This document shows positions 1 through 10,425 of a DNA stretch of 64,000 bases, piece after piece (positions within the stretch are counted from its first letter, which is position 1; each line of letters begins with the position of its first letter). The notes under the pieces were generated by a model, which was given only the letters and a program-made list of their open reading frames with translations, was not told where the DNA came from and made no database searches. The stretch spans positions 32,001-96,000 of the forward strand of contig CAVVKN010000023.1 of NCBI GenBank assembly GCA_963748825.1, read 5' to 3'. The DNA comes from Methanotrichaceae archaeon (GTDB taxonomy: Archaea > Halobacteriota > Methanosarcinia > Methanotrichales > Methanotrichaceae). A program made the position numbers and the translations under genes.

Positions 1-344
1 TGAGTCTCTCCCAGGGCTTCGTATACCACCGACTCTTTGCCTACTCCGATTCTCTCGCCAAAGGCTTTCACCGTCCCTCGTTTCACTAAATCGGACAGTG
101 CCAGAAGATCATAGGCATCAAAGTCTATGCGGTAGCCGAGATAGTGCATGCTCTCCCGCTCTACCAGTTTCTTTTCAAAAAGTTGGCCCAGCCGAAACTC
201 CACCTTGCGGACCGGCAGGCCGGATAACTCTGAGATCACGAAGGATGGGACCCATTCGTGAGTCTTCATCCCGGTCTCAATAGCACTGAGCAGGGAGCGG
301 TCCTCCCGGCTGAGGCCCAATAATGCTTCAGCTAGATTTTCCAC
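1..344 (-). CDS. rio2: RIO2-type serine/threonine kinase, N-terminal part (runs off the window)
   Basis: Manual translation from GTG at 344: ENLAEALLGLSREDRSLLSAIETGMKTHEWVP...GYRIDFDAYDLLAL...FGERIGVGKESVVYEA. This has the Rio2 winged-helix N-domain and the GxGKES kinase loop. Absent from the ORF track because it is truncated. Confidence 0.85.
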   Translation of the reverse strand, partial: MENLAEALLGLSREDRSLLSAIETGMKTHEWVPSFVISELSGLPVRKVEFRLGQLFEKKLVERESMHYLGYRIDFDAYDLLALSDLVKRGTVKAFGERIGVGKESVVYEALGET

Positions 345-369
345 AGATACTATTATGTGATTATTTTAG

Positions 370-1548
370 CTAAAGCTTTGCCCCCAGGGTCTGCATCACA
401 TAATCAGCAAACTCTGCACCTGTTGCCCCATCGGAGCGACCAGTGAGGACAACCTTCCTCTCCAACTGGCCGCAGACGTCCAGCGCATTCTCCAATTTGG
501 CCGCCTGATTCACAAAGCCGATGTGCCGCAGCAGCATGACGCAGGCACGCATCATGCTGGCCGGATCGGCATAGGCAGCTCTGCCTTCCTCCACCATGCG
601 CGGAGCCGAGCCATGGATGGCCTCGAACATGGCATAACGCTTGCCGATGTTGGCGCTTCCCGCTGTGCCCACGCCGCCCTGAAACTCGGCCGCCTCGTCG
701 GTGAGAATGTCCCCGTAGAGGTTGGGCAGCACTATGACCTTGAAGTCCTTCCTGCGCTTCTCGTCCACCAGCTTGGCGGCCATGATATCCACAAACCAGT
801 CATCGAACGCGATATCCGGATATTCCTTGGCCACACGCTTGGCCGTCTCCAGGAATTTGCCGTCCGTGGCCTTGATGACATTGGCCTTGGTGACCGCTGA
901 GACCCTTTTAATGCCATTCTTCTTGGCATACTCAAAGGCCAGGCGCACAATCCTCTCAGCGCCGGGCGTGGTTATGACCTTGAAGTCCACGGCCAGGTCG
1001 TCGGTGACATTGATGCCCTTGCTGCCCAAAACGTACTCGCCCTCGGTATTCTCCCTGTAGAAGATCCAGTCGATGCCCTTCTCCGGCACCTTGACCGGCC
1101 GGACATTGGCGAAGAGGTCCAGCTCACGGCGCATGGAGACATTGGCGCTCTCCAGGTTGGGCCACTTGTCTCCCTTCTTGGGAGTGGTGAGGGGGCCCTT
1201 GAGGATAACGTGGCACTCTTTTAGCGCTGCCAGGACATCCTCGGGAAGAGCCTTCATGACTTTTACCCGCGACTCAATGTCAAGGCCCTGTATGTCCCGC
1301 AGCTCCACCTTCCCTTCCGCAATCTCATCTGCCAGCACATAGCTTAGGACTCGGACTGCCTCGCGGGTGATGTAGGGGCCGATGCCGTCGCCGCCCACAA
1401 CGCCGATGATGAGGGGCTGAAGCTTGCTGTAGTCAACCCAGTCCTCTCCTGCTTTTATCTGATCAACGCGCAAAAGCTGCTCCACCAGCAGCTTGGCGAA
1501 GTGCTCCTTCGCCTTTTCTATGGCCTCGCTCTGAATCATGGATCGCAC
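370..1548 (-). CDS. Isocitrate/isopropylmalate (beta-decarboxylating) dehydrogenase family protein
   Basis: Motifs GDGIGP, LKGPLTTP, RENTEGEY, KANVIK, NLYGDILTDEAA, FEAIHGSAP. Likely start is ATG at 1539. Substrate cannot be resolved from sequence. Confidence 0.9.
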   Translation of the reverse strand: MRSMIQSEAIEKAKEHFAKLLVEQLLRVDQIKAGEDWVDYSKLQPLIIGVVGGDGIGPYITREAVRVLSYVLADEIAEGKVELRDIQGLDIESRVKVMKALPEDVLAALKECHVILKGPLTTPKKGDKWPNLESANVSMRRELDLFANVRPVKVPEKGIDWIFYRENTEGEYVLGSKGINVTDDLAVDFKVITTPGAERIVRLAFEYAKKNGIKRVSAVTKANVIKATDGKFLETAKRVAKEYPDIAFDDWFVDIMAAKLVDEKRRKDFKVIVLPNLYGDILTDEAAEFQGGVGTAGSANIGKRYAMFEAIHGSAPRMVEEGRAAYADPASMMRACVMLLRHIGFVNQAAKLENALDVCGQLERKVVLTGRSDGATGAEFADYVMQTLGAKL

Positions 1549-1856
1549 CTATTCTTCAACGGTAGGTGAGGTTCTGGAAGATCAATCTTTTGCAGAATCG
1601 GATATTTTCGCCCCGCTCACTGCAACTATTTTGGCTCTTTGCTATTTTCGGTAGCTGACTTCAGGTTATTGTGGTTGAAACGTCGTTAGCCACCGGGTTA
1701 TAAAACCAAATGGGCGGACGATACTACCACCACCGCAGACACAAAGCGCACGGAGGACTCGCGCGCACGGACGTCTGGGCCACAGACCCAAGGAAAAATG
1801 AAAACGCGGCTTCTTTTTCAGTCAAATCTTTAAACCAGAAATGACCAGCATCCCCT

Positions 1857-1949
1857 ATGGACATAATGAGCATAGCCTTCTACGTCATCATATTCGTCCT
1901 CGCCTTCATGATCGCCCGCATCATCATGAGGATCATGCGTGGCTACTAG
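1857..1949 (+). CDS. 30-aa single-pass membrane microprotein (MDIMSIAFYVIIFVLAFMIARIIMRIMRGY)
   Basis: Clean ATG..TAG, one hydrophobic helix with a basic C-terminal tail, C/G-ending codons like flanking genes, and TATA-like TTTAAA at 1829-1834 in leaderless position. Confidence 0.65.
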   Translation: MDIMSIAFYVIIFVLAFMIARIIMRIMRGY

Positions 1950-2015
1950 GCGAAGCACATATCGCCCGAAGATAAAGCGACAGGCTTAATATTTGCGGAT
2001 ACCTAACCAGTAGTC

Positions 2016-3293
2016 ATGTTTCCCCAGGTCTTAGCCACAGTTGGCGGCTCAGGAACGCGTTTGTACCCGCTTACTTTAGACCAGCCCAAACCCCTGGTTG
2101 AATTGTGTGATACCGCCATCATCGCCAATCTCTTCCGGGTTTTAGCCAGTCAGGGCTGCAGAAGGTTCATCCTGGGCAGCAAGGGCGCCAGCAACACCCT
2201 CAACCTGAGCAATTACTTCAAAGCCGGCGAGGGCTTCTTCAAGCGCCTGGGCATCACCGACCACCAGGACTTCAGCTACCAGCCCCTCTACGACGACAAG
2301 GGGAGCGCTGATTCCCTGCGCTATTGCATGAACTACTACGACATCAACGACGACCTGCTGGTGGTCTCGGGCGACAACCTCATCGACATCGACCTGCCGA
2401 GCATTGTCGAGTTTCATAGAAAGCACAAGCCACTGCTCACCGTGGCCCTCAAAGAGTTGGGACCGGAGGAGAATGTCTCCCAGTACGGCGTGGCCCGCGT
2501 GGACGATGATATGCGCATAAGGGGGTTCGTAGAAAAGCCGAAAGCGGGAAGCGAGCCCAGCCGCATGATAAACACCGCCTTCTACCTCTTCTCACCTCAG
2601 ATTCGCGAGGTCTTGGCCAGGATGGGAGACAAAGCCCGCGACATCGGCGGCGACCTGATCCCCTATTTAACGGAGAACGGCTATCCCGTTTACGGCTTCC
2701 CTATCACAGGCTACTGGATAGATATCGGCACCCCGGATCGGCTGCACCAGGCGGCCATGGACTGCCTCTCCGGAGCTGTCCGCCATTTCGACCGCAAGTA
2801 CCACTATAAGCCCAATCAGTGGATTCATCCCAGCACATTAGCGAAAATCGAGCCATACCTCGCCTCCGGCGACATACAGCTTTTGGGCAATGTCTCCATC
2901 GGCAGAAACTGCAACATCGAAAAAGGCGTGACTATCGAGAACTCTCACATCGGCCATACCAGCCTTATCGAACGCAATGTGGAGATCAAAGAGAGCATGA
3001 TCATGAGCTTCGCCCATATCCAGCACATGGTCAATATCCGCCGCACAATCGTTGGCCGTCACACAACCATCGAGGAGCATAGCATTTTAGGGGGGGAAAA
3101 TGGTGTTGGACTGGACAGCATCGCCATTCTTGGCGAGAATGTCACCCTGCCGCCAGAATCTGTGGTTGCCGCAGGCGTAAGGGTAGCGTCGCTCAAGCAC
3201 AGCCACAGCATTCTGGCCACCGGCAGATTCGTGGAACTGGGAATTGATGAAAGAAATATTTACTTTGCAGAAAAAAGTTCGATGAAGCGCTAG
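2016..3293 (+). CDS. Sugar-phosphate nucleotidyltransferase (NDP-sugar synthase) with C-terminal left-handed beta-helix
   Basis: GGSGTRLYPLT..PKPL, SGDNL, FVEKP, GYWIDIGT motifs and hexapeptide repeats. Confidence 0.9.
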   Translation: MFPQVLATVGGSGTRLYPLTLDQPKPLVELCDTAIIANLFRVLASQGCRRFILGSKGASNTLNLSNYFKAGEGFFKRLGITDHQDFSYQPLYDDKGSADSLRYCMNYYDINDDLLVVSGDNLIDIDLPSIVEFHRKHKPLLTVALKELGPEENVSQYGVARVDDDMRIRGFVEKPKAGSEPSRMINTAFYLFSPQIREVLARMGDKARDIGGDLIPYLTENGYPVYGFPITGYWIDIGTPDRLHQAAMDCLSGAVRHFDRKYHYKPNQWIHPSTLAKIEPYLASGDIQLLGNVSIGRNCNIEKGVTIENSHIGHTSLIERNVEIKESMIMSFAHIQHMVNIRRTIVGRHTTIEEHSILGGENGVGLDSIAILGENVTLPPESVVAAGVRVASLKHSHSILATGRFVELGIDERNIYFAEKSSMKR

Positions 3294-3309
3294 TTACTAT
3301 TTATGGTAA

Positions 3310-3546
3310 CTAGTAGTAGCGCTCCCAGGCAGCGTCGATCTTTCTTATTTTATATTTTGCCCCGTTATCCAGTAGGTATCGGTTCAGATCCTGAGCATCC
3401 TGGAAAAAGCGCTTATCTCTCAGGTTATTATAGATGTCTTCCGTGGTGAATCCCTTCAGCTCACCCTTGCCGTAAACGATCCTCTCAATGGTATAATAGA
3501 TGTCGTCAAACTTCCTCAAGGGATAAGTCCACTCTGCAAACTGCAT
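3310..3546 (-). CDS. Hypothetical protein, 78 aa
   Basis: GAGGAGG RBS upstream, protein-like composition, fills the gap between genes. Confidence 0.65.
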   Translation of the reverse strand: MQFAEWTYPLRKFDDIYYTIERIVYGKGELKGFTTEDIYNNLRDKRFFQDAQDLNRYLLDNGAKYKIRKIDAAWERYY

Positions 3547-3648
3547 CTCATGCCCTCCTCACTTGGCTACAGGTTTTGAGCAAATAAGAACCTTTCGTTT
3601 TCTGTGAAGAAAAAGATTATCAATAACGGAAATGAAAAAGTCATCTTC

Positions 3649-4182
3649 ATGGACCATGTCGATCTTCGCCATCTTGACCAGCAAATCTGTACATGCCACC
3701 TTTGCCCACTATCCGATGGGAGAAAACGCGCCGTGCCGGGCAGCGGCCCCGCACCCGCCGATATCATGCTGGTGGGAGAAGCCCCCGGCCGAGAAGAGGA
3801 CCTCACCGGAAAGCCATTCGTAGGCCGGGCGGGAAGATTGCTGGATGCGGCTTTGGAGCAGGCAGGCCTGGAGAGAGCAAAGGTATTCATAACCAGCGTC
3901 ATTAAATGCCGCCCCCCGCAAAACAGAAAGCCGAAAAAAGCAGAGATCGATCAATGTCGCCCCTATTTACAGGCTCAAATCGACATCCTCCATCCTAAAA
4001 TCATCTGCCTGATGGGAAACACGGCTACACAGGCCATCTTAGACAGGCAGGGCGTCACAATCTTGCGCGGCCAGATTTTGCAGGATCGCTTTCTTGTCAC
4101 CTATCATCCTGCCGCCGTCTTGAGAAATAGAAATCTCATGAATGATTTCGTCTCCGACCTCAAAAGTTTGAATACCCTTTGA
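3649..4182 (+). CDS. udg: Family 4 uracil-DNA glycosylase (Fe-S)
   Basis: CxxC, GEAPG, PFVGRAG, KCRPPxNR and HPAA motifs. ATG at 3649 preferred over the 3604 start. Confidence 0.93.
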   Translation: MDHVDLRHLDQQICTCHLCPLSDGRKRAVPGSGPAPADIMLVGEAPGREEDLTGKPFVGRAGRLLDAALEQAGLERAKVFITSVIKCRPPQNRKPKKAEIDQCRPYLQAQIDILHPKIICLMGNTATQAILDRQGVTILRGQILQDRFLVTYHPAAVLRNRNLMNDFVSDLKSLNTL

Positions 4183-4242
4183 TGATAATTACATCACTAT
4201 TAGAGTTAATATCTAAAACCAACGTCCTGAGGAGCTTTCGAC

Positions 4243-4743
4243 TTGTTTGGCCTTACCTACGATCTCTGGAAGGAGATCATTGATGAAATTGCTATAGCCC
4301 ACGATTCTCTCTTTGCCGCCATGCATCAGACGGCAGATGAGCTCCAGCTCACTACTGATCTGATTGATGAACTGAAGAGCAAAAAAGAACTCAAGATCGC
4401 AAATGATCCCTGGGAATTTCTGCTCATGATTGACTTTATCGAGGATAAGATCAACGGTTTCATAATCTACCTGGCCACTGCAGAGCAGCTGGAAATCTTA
4501 GAAGAGATCAAGGCGAATGTTGCATCAGACCATGGCTTTTCCTGGGAAGAGATAGAGGGCTTTGAGCTTGAACACGGCCTGGATATGCAGGAAGAAATAT
4601 TTGTAGAGATGGAAGAAAGCTATGGCGTTCGGGCAGAGGTAAGAGAGAATGAAGTCATCTATGAACTGGTGATCTTTGACAGCCAGGACATTGATAATAG
4701 CCAGTCCAGCGATCTGGCATGGCAGGAGGATCTTGAAAATTGA
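4243..4743 (+). CDS. Acidic hypothetical protein
   Basis: 166-aa ORF with GAGGAG RBS upstream, very Glu/Asp-rich. Confidence 0.7.
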   Translation: MFGLTYDLWKEIIDEIAIAHDSLFAAMHQTADELQLTTDLIDELKSKKELKIANDPWEFLLMIDFIEDKINGFIIYLATAEQLEILEEIKANVASDHGFSWEEIEGFELEHGLDMQEEIFVEMEESYGVRAEVRENEVIYELVIFDSQDIDNSQSSDLAWQEDLEN

Positions 4744-4788
4744 AGATCATGTGAAACTCTTAAATATTACATCTCATTATCGAGAACC

Positions 4789-7020
4789 ATGGATCAGGGG
4801 AGGAGGAAGAGCGAGCCGGCAGAGCTTTTTGCAGTTTTAATCCTGGGCCTCTTGTTGAGGTTGTTTGCGGGGAGAAACTCATTAACAGAAAATGGCATTC
4901 TTCTGCCGGGTTACGATGAGTATTACCATATGCGAAGAATCTTGTTTACTGTAAACCATTTTCCCAATACGCTCTGGTTTGACTCTTACCTGAATTATCC
5001 TCAGGGATTGGAGATAACCTGGCCCCCCCTCTTCGATCAGATCTCTGCCGCCCTCTGTGTGGCTTTTGGCCAGCATAGCAAAGCAGGAGTGGAGATGGTC
5101 GCCTGTCTTGTACCTATGATCATAGGCATCATAGCCATAGTAGCGGTCTATTACATAGTCAGAGAGCTCTTCGATCACAAAGTCGCACTCCTCGCCGCAT
5201 TCATGGCCGCCCTGGCACCATATTATCTCCTCTATACGATGTTTGCAGCCATGGATCACCACTGTCTGGAGGTACTGCTTTCACTCATCATACTCCTATT
5301 CATGATCATGGCCATCAACCGGAGTGAGAGGAGATACCTCTACGCCTTTGCGTCGGGTGTTGCCATGGCCGCCCTGGCATATACCTGGCAGGGGGCAGAT
5401 ATCTACCTGGCAATATTCCCGCTTTATGCGGCCGTCCAGATGACATTGGACCTCAGAGAGGGCAGATCATCTAAAGAGACCGCGACAACGCTCTTGGCCG
5501 CCTTTGCTATCGCGTTTATTCTTGTTCTGCCGTTTGGAAATACTTCCTGGCTCTCTGCATCCTTCCAGGGAATAGGAGCAATAATTGTTGCCCTTTCTAT
5601 CATGTTTGCCCTTACCAGCCTCGTGGCAAAGAGGAAGATGTCCTGGAAGGCATTTCCTCTGAGCATACTGATAATATCTGCCTTATTTGCGCTGCTCTCA
5701 GTGCTTGCCGGCGGATTTTTCGGTGTGGCTGCAATGATTCAGTCGGGGTTCGAATACATATGGGGAGGAGGGATGATTGGAAAGATCGGCGAGGCCGAGC
5801 CACTCATCTATGATGCAGGGACCTTTTCTCAGGTGGTCTTCTCTCTACTGGGATTGAATCTTCTCTTCTCCCTGGGAGGGATGGCCGTGTCCTTAATTTA
5901 CATCCGTCGCAGCACTGGTGCAAAGAGGCAGGGCCAGATCCTTCTCTTGCTATGGATGGCGTTCACAATCATTCTCACCTTCGGGCAGTCCAGATTCCTC
6001 TACATCTCTACGATCTCCATGGGACTATTGATAAGCATACTCTTCTTCTTTTTACTGGATATAGCCCATAAGAGGCAAAAAGAGGGGACCCCCATGGCAG
6101 CAAGATCTCCGAGATTATTGGCTGCAGTTTTATTTTTGCTACTTGTCCTGCCCACTGCCTGGGATGCAGCCTCCTTTGCCCAGAGTACTCCCCCTGCGGT
6201 GGCGGGCGACTGGGCGGAGTCACTTGCCTGGCTGAAAGAAAACAGCAACACAACCAGCTTCTTTGCGGCTCCCCAAAAAACAGCCGAGTACAGCGTTATG
6301 AGCTGGTGGGACTATGGCAATTGGATCCTCTACCTGGCCGAGCGACCAGTAGTTGCCAACAATTTCCAGGCGGGTGTGGCAGATGCTGCCAAATTCTATC
6401 TATCGGAAAGAGAGGAGGAAGCCACAGCCGTGCTGGATGCGAGGGGATCTAGATACATCCTTGCTGATTATGACCTGATCTACGGCAAACTTTCCGCTCT
6501 CACTACCTGGGCCAATGAGGATCTGAGCAGCTACATGAGAATGGAAGACTATGGCTCGCAATATACGATCATACCACAGGAAAGGCTCTTCAATACCACC
6601 TTGGCAAGGCTCTATCTCTTCGATGGCGCGGGCACAGGCCACTTCCGGCTGATCTATGAATCGAAGACATTTTGGGAGATAGCCGGGCCAAGAGCGAGAT
6701 CAAGATTTTTGAGTATGTTCCCGGGGCATTGATAAAGGTTCGGACCGGGCCGGGCCAGAAGGTAGGCGCCCTGCTGAATATGACCTCTAATCAAGGGAGG
6801 CCCTTCATGTACGGCAATGAGGCGAACGCAAACGGTGACTTCAATGAGGCGAATGCAATTTGAGATAAGAGTTCCATACTCCACAGAAAACCGAAATGGG
6901 TGCCATGCCGTCAATCCGTATTTGGTCTTCTCTGGAAACAAAGATGCCGTGAAGACGATAAATCTCGACGTGAGCGAGGAAGACATAATGAACGGCAGAA
7001 CCATTGAGCTGACTTTTTAG
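4789..7020 (+). pseudogene. aglB: Oligosaccharyltransferase AglB (STT3 family), C-terminal region split by two frameshifts; core ORF 4789..6732 may still be functional
   Basis: Polytopic membrane N-domain with DEYYHMRR, DHH, IGEAEPL and the WWDYG motif. AglB-like tail continues in ORF 6672..6863 (IKIFEYVPGA) and ORF 6817..7020 (FEIRVPYST...VSEEDIMNG). Confidence 0.85.
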
Positions 7021-7100
7021 GCAAAAAAGGCATAGGTGTGGAGATTCGCTTCCCCTCTCTCATGAGGAAGTGACGCTTCCTCCAACCGAATGTTCTGATT

Positions 7101-8054
7101 TTACAGGCCGAGCTTGGCGTACTCCTTGGCCCAGTAGGTGATTATCATATCCGCGCCCGCTCTCTTGATGCAGGTTAAAGCCTCCAGGAAGGCCGCCCTC
7201 TCATCCAGCCAGCCCTGTTTTGCCGCAGCAGCGATCATGGAATACTCGCCTGAGACCTGATAAGCGGCGGTAGGCATGCCGAACATCTCCTTAACGGCAC
7301 GCAGAACATCAAGGTAGGGCATGGCCGGCTTGATCATGACCATGTCCGCACCTTCTTCGACATCCAGTTGCACCTCCCAGAGCGCCTCGGAAAAGTTGGC
7401 GGGATTCATCTGGTACCCCTTGCGGTCGCCCCAGGCAAAGCCGGACTCGGCCGCCTCTCGGAAGGGCCCGTAAAAGGTAGATGCATACTTGGCAGAATAG
7501 GATAGGATGGACGTGTCTGTGTATCCGTCCAGGTCCAGAGCAGTTCGTATGGCCTGCACCATGTGATCCATCATGCCGCTGGGAGCTACTATATCAGCAC
7601 CCGCAGCAGCGTGGCTCACGGCCGTCTCTCCCAATAATGGCAATGTCTCATCATTGAGAATCTTCTCGCCCCGGACGAGGCCGCAGTGCCCGTGGCTGGT
7701 GTACTCACACAGGCACAAATCGGTTATTACTATCAGGCTGGTGGTCTCCTTGATGGCAGCTACCGCCTTCTGAATTATGCCATGCGGATCGTAGGCACCA
7801 GAGCCTATCTCATCCTTAAGAGCTGGCAGGCCGAACAAGAGCACAGCAGGCACGCCCAGATCTTCGAGGATTCCCGCCTCCGTCGCCACGCTCTCCAGGC
7901 TCTGCCGGAACTGACCGGGCATGGCCTCAATTGCCCTCGGCACGGATATTCTCTCATCCACGAAGATGGGCTGCACTAAATCATTGCAGGATAGCCTGGT
8001 TTCCGCCACCATCTCCCGGATTCCTGGCGCTCTTAGCCTCCTCATTCGCCTCAT
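7101..8054 (-). CDS. hemB: Porphobilinogen synthase
   Basis: DLCLCEYTSHGHCG zinc site, PSGMMD, SAKYAS, KPAMPYLD, AYQVSGEY. Confidence 0.97.
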   Translation of the reverse strand: MRRMRRLRAPGIREMVAETRLSCNDLVQPIFVDERISVPRAIEAMPGQFRQSLESVATEAGILEDLGVPAVLLFGLPALKDEIGSGAYDPHGIIQKAVAAIKETTSLIVITDLCLCEYTSHGHCGLVRGEKILNDETLPLLGETAVSHAAAGADIVAPSGMMDHMVQAIRTALDLDGYTDTSILSYSAKYASTFYGPFREAAESGFAWGDRKGYQMNPANFSEALWEVQLDVEEGADMVMIKPAMPYLDVLRAVKEMFGMPTAAYQVSGEYSMIAAAAKQGWLDERAAFLEALTCIKRAGADMIITYWAKEYAKLGL

Positions 8055-9310
8055 ATCTTTTCCTCCAGCCGGAATAACTCACCGACAACCTTAAGGACCT
8101 CTGTATCCCCTTTCTCCGCCGCTCGCTTGAGCGTCTTGGTGGGCTCGGAGAAGAGCTTGTTAACGATGGAATGGCTCATGTCTTGCAGCACCTTCTGCTC
8201 GATCTCGCCCAGAGTATGCCTGGCCGAGAGCTTGTTCATGGCCCGCTTGACCTCTTGATCCTTGATGACCTCAGCCTGAGAATATAGCCGGGCCAACAGA
8301 TCCTCAGCCTCTTTCCTCTTATATTTGGCCTTTAGAAGCCCCATCTCTTCAGCGATTATGGCTTCGACTCGATTGGCCTCCGCCATCCTCTGCAACATGT
8401 TCTCGCTGCTGATATTCCTCAGGCTGTCAATGTTATGCAGCTCGACCCCAGGAACCTCTGCTGCCGCCTCATCTACGTCTCTGGGATTGGCAATATCGAT
8501 GATAAGCAGTTTGTTATCTCTGCCCTCCATGGCCTTCTCGATGTCCTCCTTGAGAAGAATATAATGGGGCGCAGAGGTGGCACTGATGATCACATCGGCC
8601 GTCTTGAGGCGGATTTTCATCTCCTCAAAGGGCACTGCCTGCGCCCCCAGACAGCCGGCGAGAGACTGGGCTGAGCTGTAGGTCCTGTTAGTGACCGCCA
8701 GCGAGCAGATATCCTTAGCCATGAGCGCCCGTGATATGAGCTCCCCCGTGTCTCCGGCACCAATTACCAGAACGGACTTTCCCTTTAAATTCCCGAGAAT
8801 TTCCTGCGCCAGGTCAACGGCGGCAGAGCCCACGGATACGGACCTCTCGTTAATCTGGGTCTCTTTCCTCACCCGTTTTCCGACAGCAATGGCTTTTTTG
8901 AAGGCCGTATCCAGAATCCATCCTGTCGTTCCGGCCTTGGCTGCCATCTGCACAAGCTCCTTCATCTGACCCAAAATCTGGTCCTCGCCGAGGATCATGG
9001 ACTCAAGACCCGAGGCCAGGCGCAGGAGGTGAAGCAGGGATTCATCATGATCATGAAAATCGATTATACGAGAAGAAACGCGCGCCTTTTTGGCCAGGTC
9101 GAAGAGCACCTTCTCGCCGCGTACACTGACGATATAAATCTCGACACGGTTGCAGGTCTTGAGTACAGCGCACTCTTCCACCCTCTCCTGTGAGCACACC
9201 CATTTGAGAAGGGTCTGCACATCTCCGTGCCAGGCCCGCTCAATCTCATCAATGGAGGCCTTGCGGTGTGTTACCAGCATCGAGGCTATCTCGCTCATCG
9301 AGACAGACAT
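8051..9310 (-). CDS. hemA: Glutamyl-tRNA reductase
   Basis: TCNRVE, SGLESMILGEDQILGQ, GAGDTG, DIANPRD. Probable start ATG at 9298. Confidence 0.97.
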   Translation of the reverse strand: MSVSMSEIASMLVTHRKASIDEIERAWHGDVQTLLKWVCSQERVEECAVLKTCNRVEIYIVSVRGEKVLFDLAKKARVSSRIIDFHDHDESLLHLLRLASGLESMILGEDQILGQMKELVQMAAKAGTTGWILDTAFKKAIAVGKRVRKETQINERSVSVGSAAVDLAQEILGNLKGKSVLVIGAGDTGELISRALMAKDICSLAVTNRTYSSAQSLAGCLGAQAVPFEEMKIRLKTADVIISATSAPHYILLKEDIEKAMEGRDNKLLIIDIANPRDVDEAAAEVPGVELHNIDSLRNISSENMLQRMAEANRVEAIIAEEMGLLKAKYKRKEAEDLLARLYSQAEVIKDQEVKRAMNKLSARHTLGEIEQKVLQDMSHSIVNKLFSEPTKTLKRAAEKGDTEVLKVVGELFRLEEKI

Positions 9311-9956
9311 GTGAGCGGGCTCTCATATAGGCCTTTTCATAGGAGACTTCTAGAAGTCTCCAAACCTCATCGTCCAATAATATCTCCCAGATTATGCGGG
9401 CGCGATCCTTCTGCATGGGCACAAGCTCTTTGTTCTCCCTCCTTATCTGAGAGAGCAATCGGGCCATGTCCTGATAGTTCCCAGTCAGCTCCTCTTCCAA
9501 CCGGAGGCGAAGATATTTGGTAAGGCCCGGGATTTCGGTAGAGATGGCAATAGCGATGGAGCCGCTTTGCAGAATTGATGGAACCACCACATCGCCAACA
9601 CCCTCCACTTTGTTCACGAGGATTCCCTGCGCTGCAGCCTCCTCTTCTATGGCGCGATTTAATTTTGAGTCGCTTGTGGCTGGTATTACGATGAATGCAC
9701 CCTGCAGATATTTGGCGAAATCACCGGATAGATCGCACTCCACAAGCTCAATCTGCCTTTGCGGGTCCGCCGCCAGATCCAGGAGCCCGGGGGAGAAATC
9801 GCGAGACAAAACTCTCACCGGCCCATATTGGGAAAACAGCCCGGCCTTGCGCTCGCCAACCTTTCCCCCACCGAAAATCACCACAAGCCTGGACGTGAGG
9901 TCCAGAAAAAGGGGTAATCGCGGCCTTCTCGATTTGATATCTCTTTGTTCGGCCAT
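9249..9956 (-). CDS. sirC: Precorrin-2 dehydrogenase (CysG N-terminal/SirC family)
   Basis: LPLFLDL..VVIFGGGKVGERK Rossmann motif, ATSD..LN and IAIST motifs, and position between ahbB and hemA. Confidence 0.9.
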   Translation of the reverse strand: MAEQRDIKSRRPRLPLFLDLTSRLVVIFGGGKVGERKAGLFSQYGPVRVLSRDFSPGLLDLAADPQRQIELVECDLSGDFAKYLQGAFIVIPATSDSKLNRAIEEEAAAQGILVNKVEGVGDVVVPSILQSGSIAIAISTEIPGLTKYLRLRLEEELTGNYQDMARLLSQIRRENKELVPMQKDRARIIWEILLDDEVWRLLEVSYEKAYMRARSHVCLDERDSLDAGNTPQGLH

Positions 9957-9966
9957 ATCGCCCCAC

Positions 9967-10425
9967 TTAAATCCTGGCACTGGTCTTCTTGTACTCAAAA
10001 TCACTGAAGAGCACCTTGTAATCACTTATGCCTGATCTTTTCGATAGCTGATCTGCTATCTTCAGGCAGTCATCCCGGCTTTTTGAGTGTACCATGGTGT
10101 AAAGATTATAAGGCCAGTCCTCGGCTGTCGCCCTCTCGTAGCAGTGAGTGACCTCATCGACTGAGGCAAATAGCACGCCTGCTTTTTCCACATCTTCGGG
10201 AGCCGCCTTCCAGGCAATCATGGCATTGGCCACAATCCCCAGAGCCCTGTGACCAATGGTCGCGGCAAAGCGACGAATTATGCCCTCCTCTTGCAGGGCA
10301 CGCAGGCGAACTATAACCTCCTGCTCGGATATGCCCACAAGATTTCCTAAGACCAGATAGGGCCGCGATGTAAGCTGCACTCCGTCCTGGGCGATCTTGA
10401 GGAGATCAAGATCCTTTTGATCCAT
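9967..10425 (-). CDS. ahbB: Siroheme decarboxylase beta subunit (Lrp/AsnC, NirH-like)
   Basis: GIIRRFAATIGH..ANAMIAW, HCYER..WPYNLYTMVH. Start ATG at 10425. Confidence 0.88.
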   Translation of the reverse strand: MDQKDLDLLKIAQDGVQLTSRPYLVLGNLVGISEQEVIVRLRALQEEGIIRRFAATIGHRALGIVANAMIAWKAAPEDVEKAGVLFASVDEVTHCYERATAEDWPYNLYTMVHSKSRDDCLKIADQLSKRSGISDYKVLFSDFEYKKTSARI

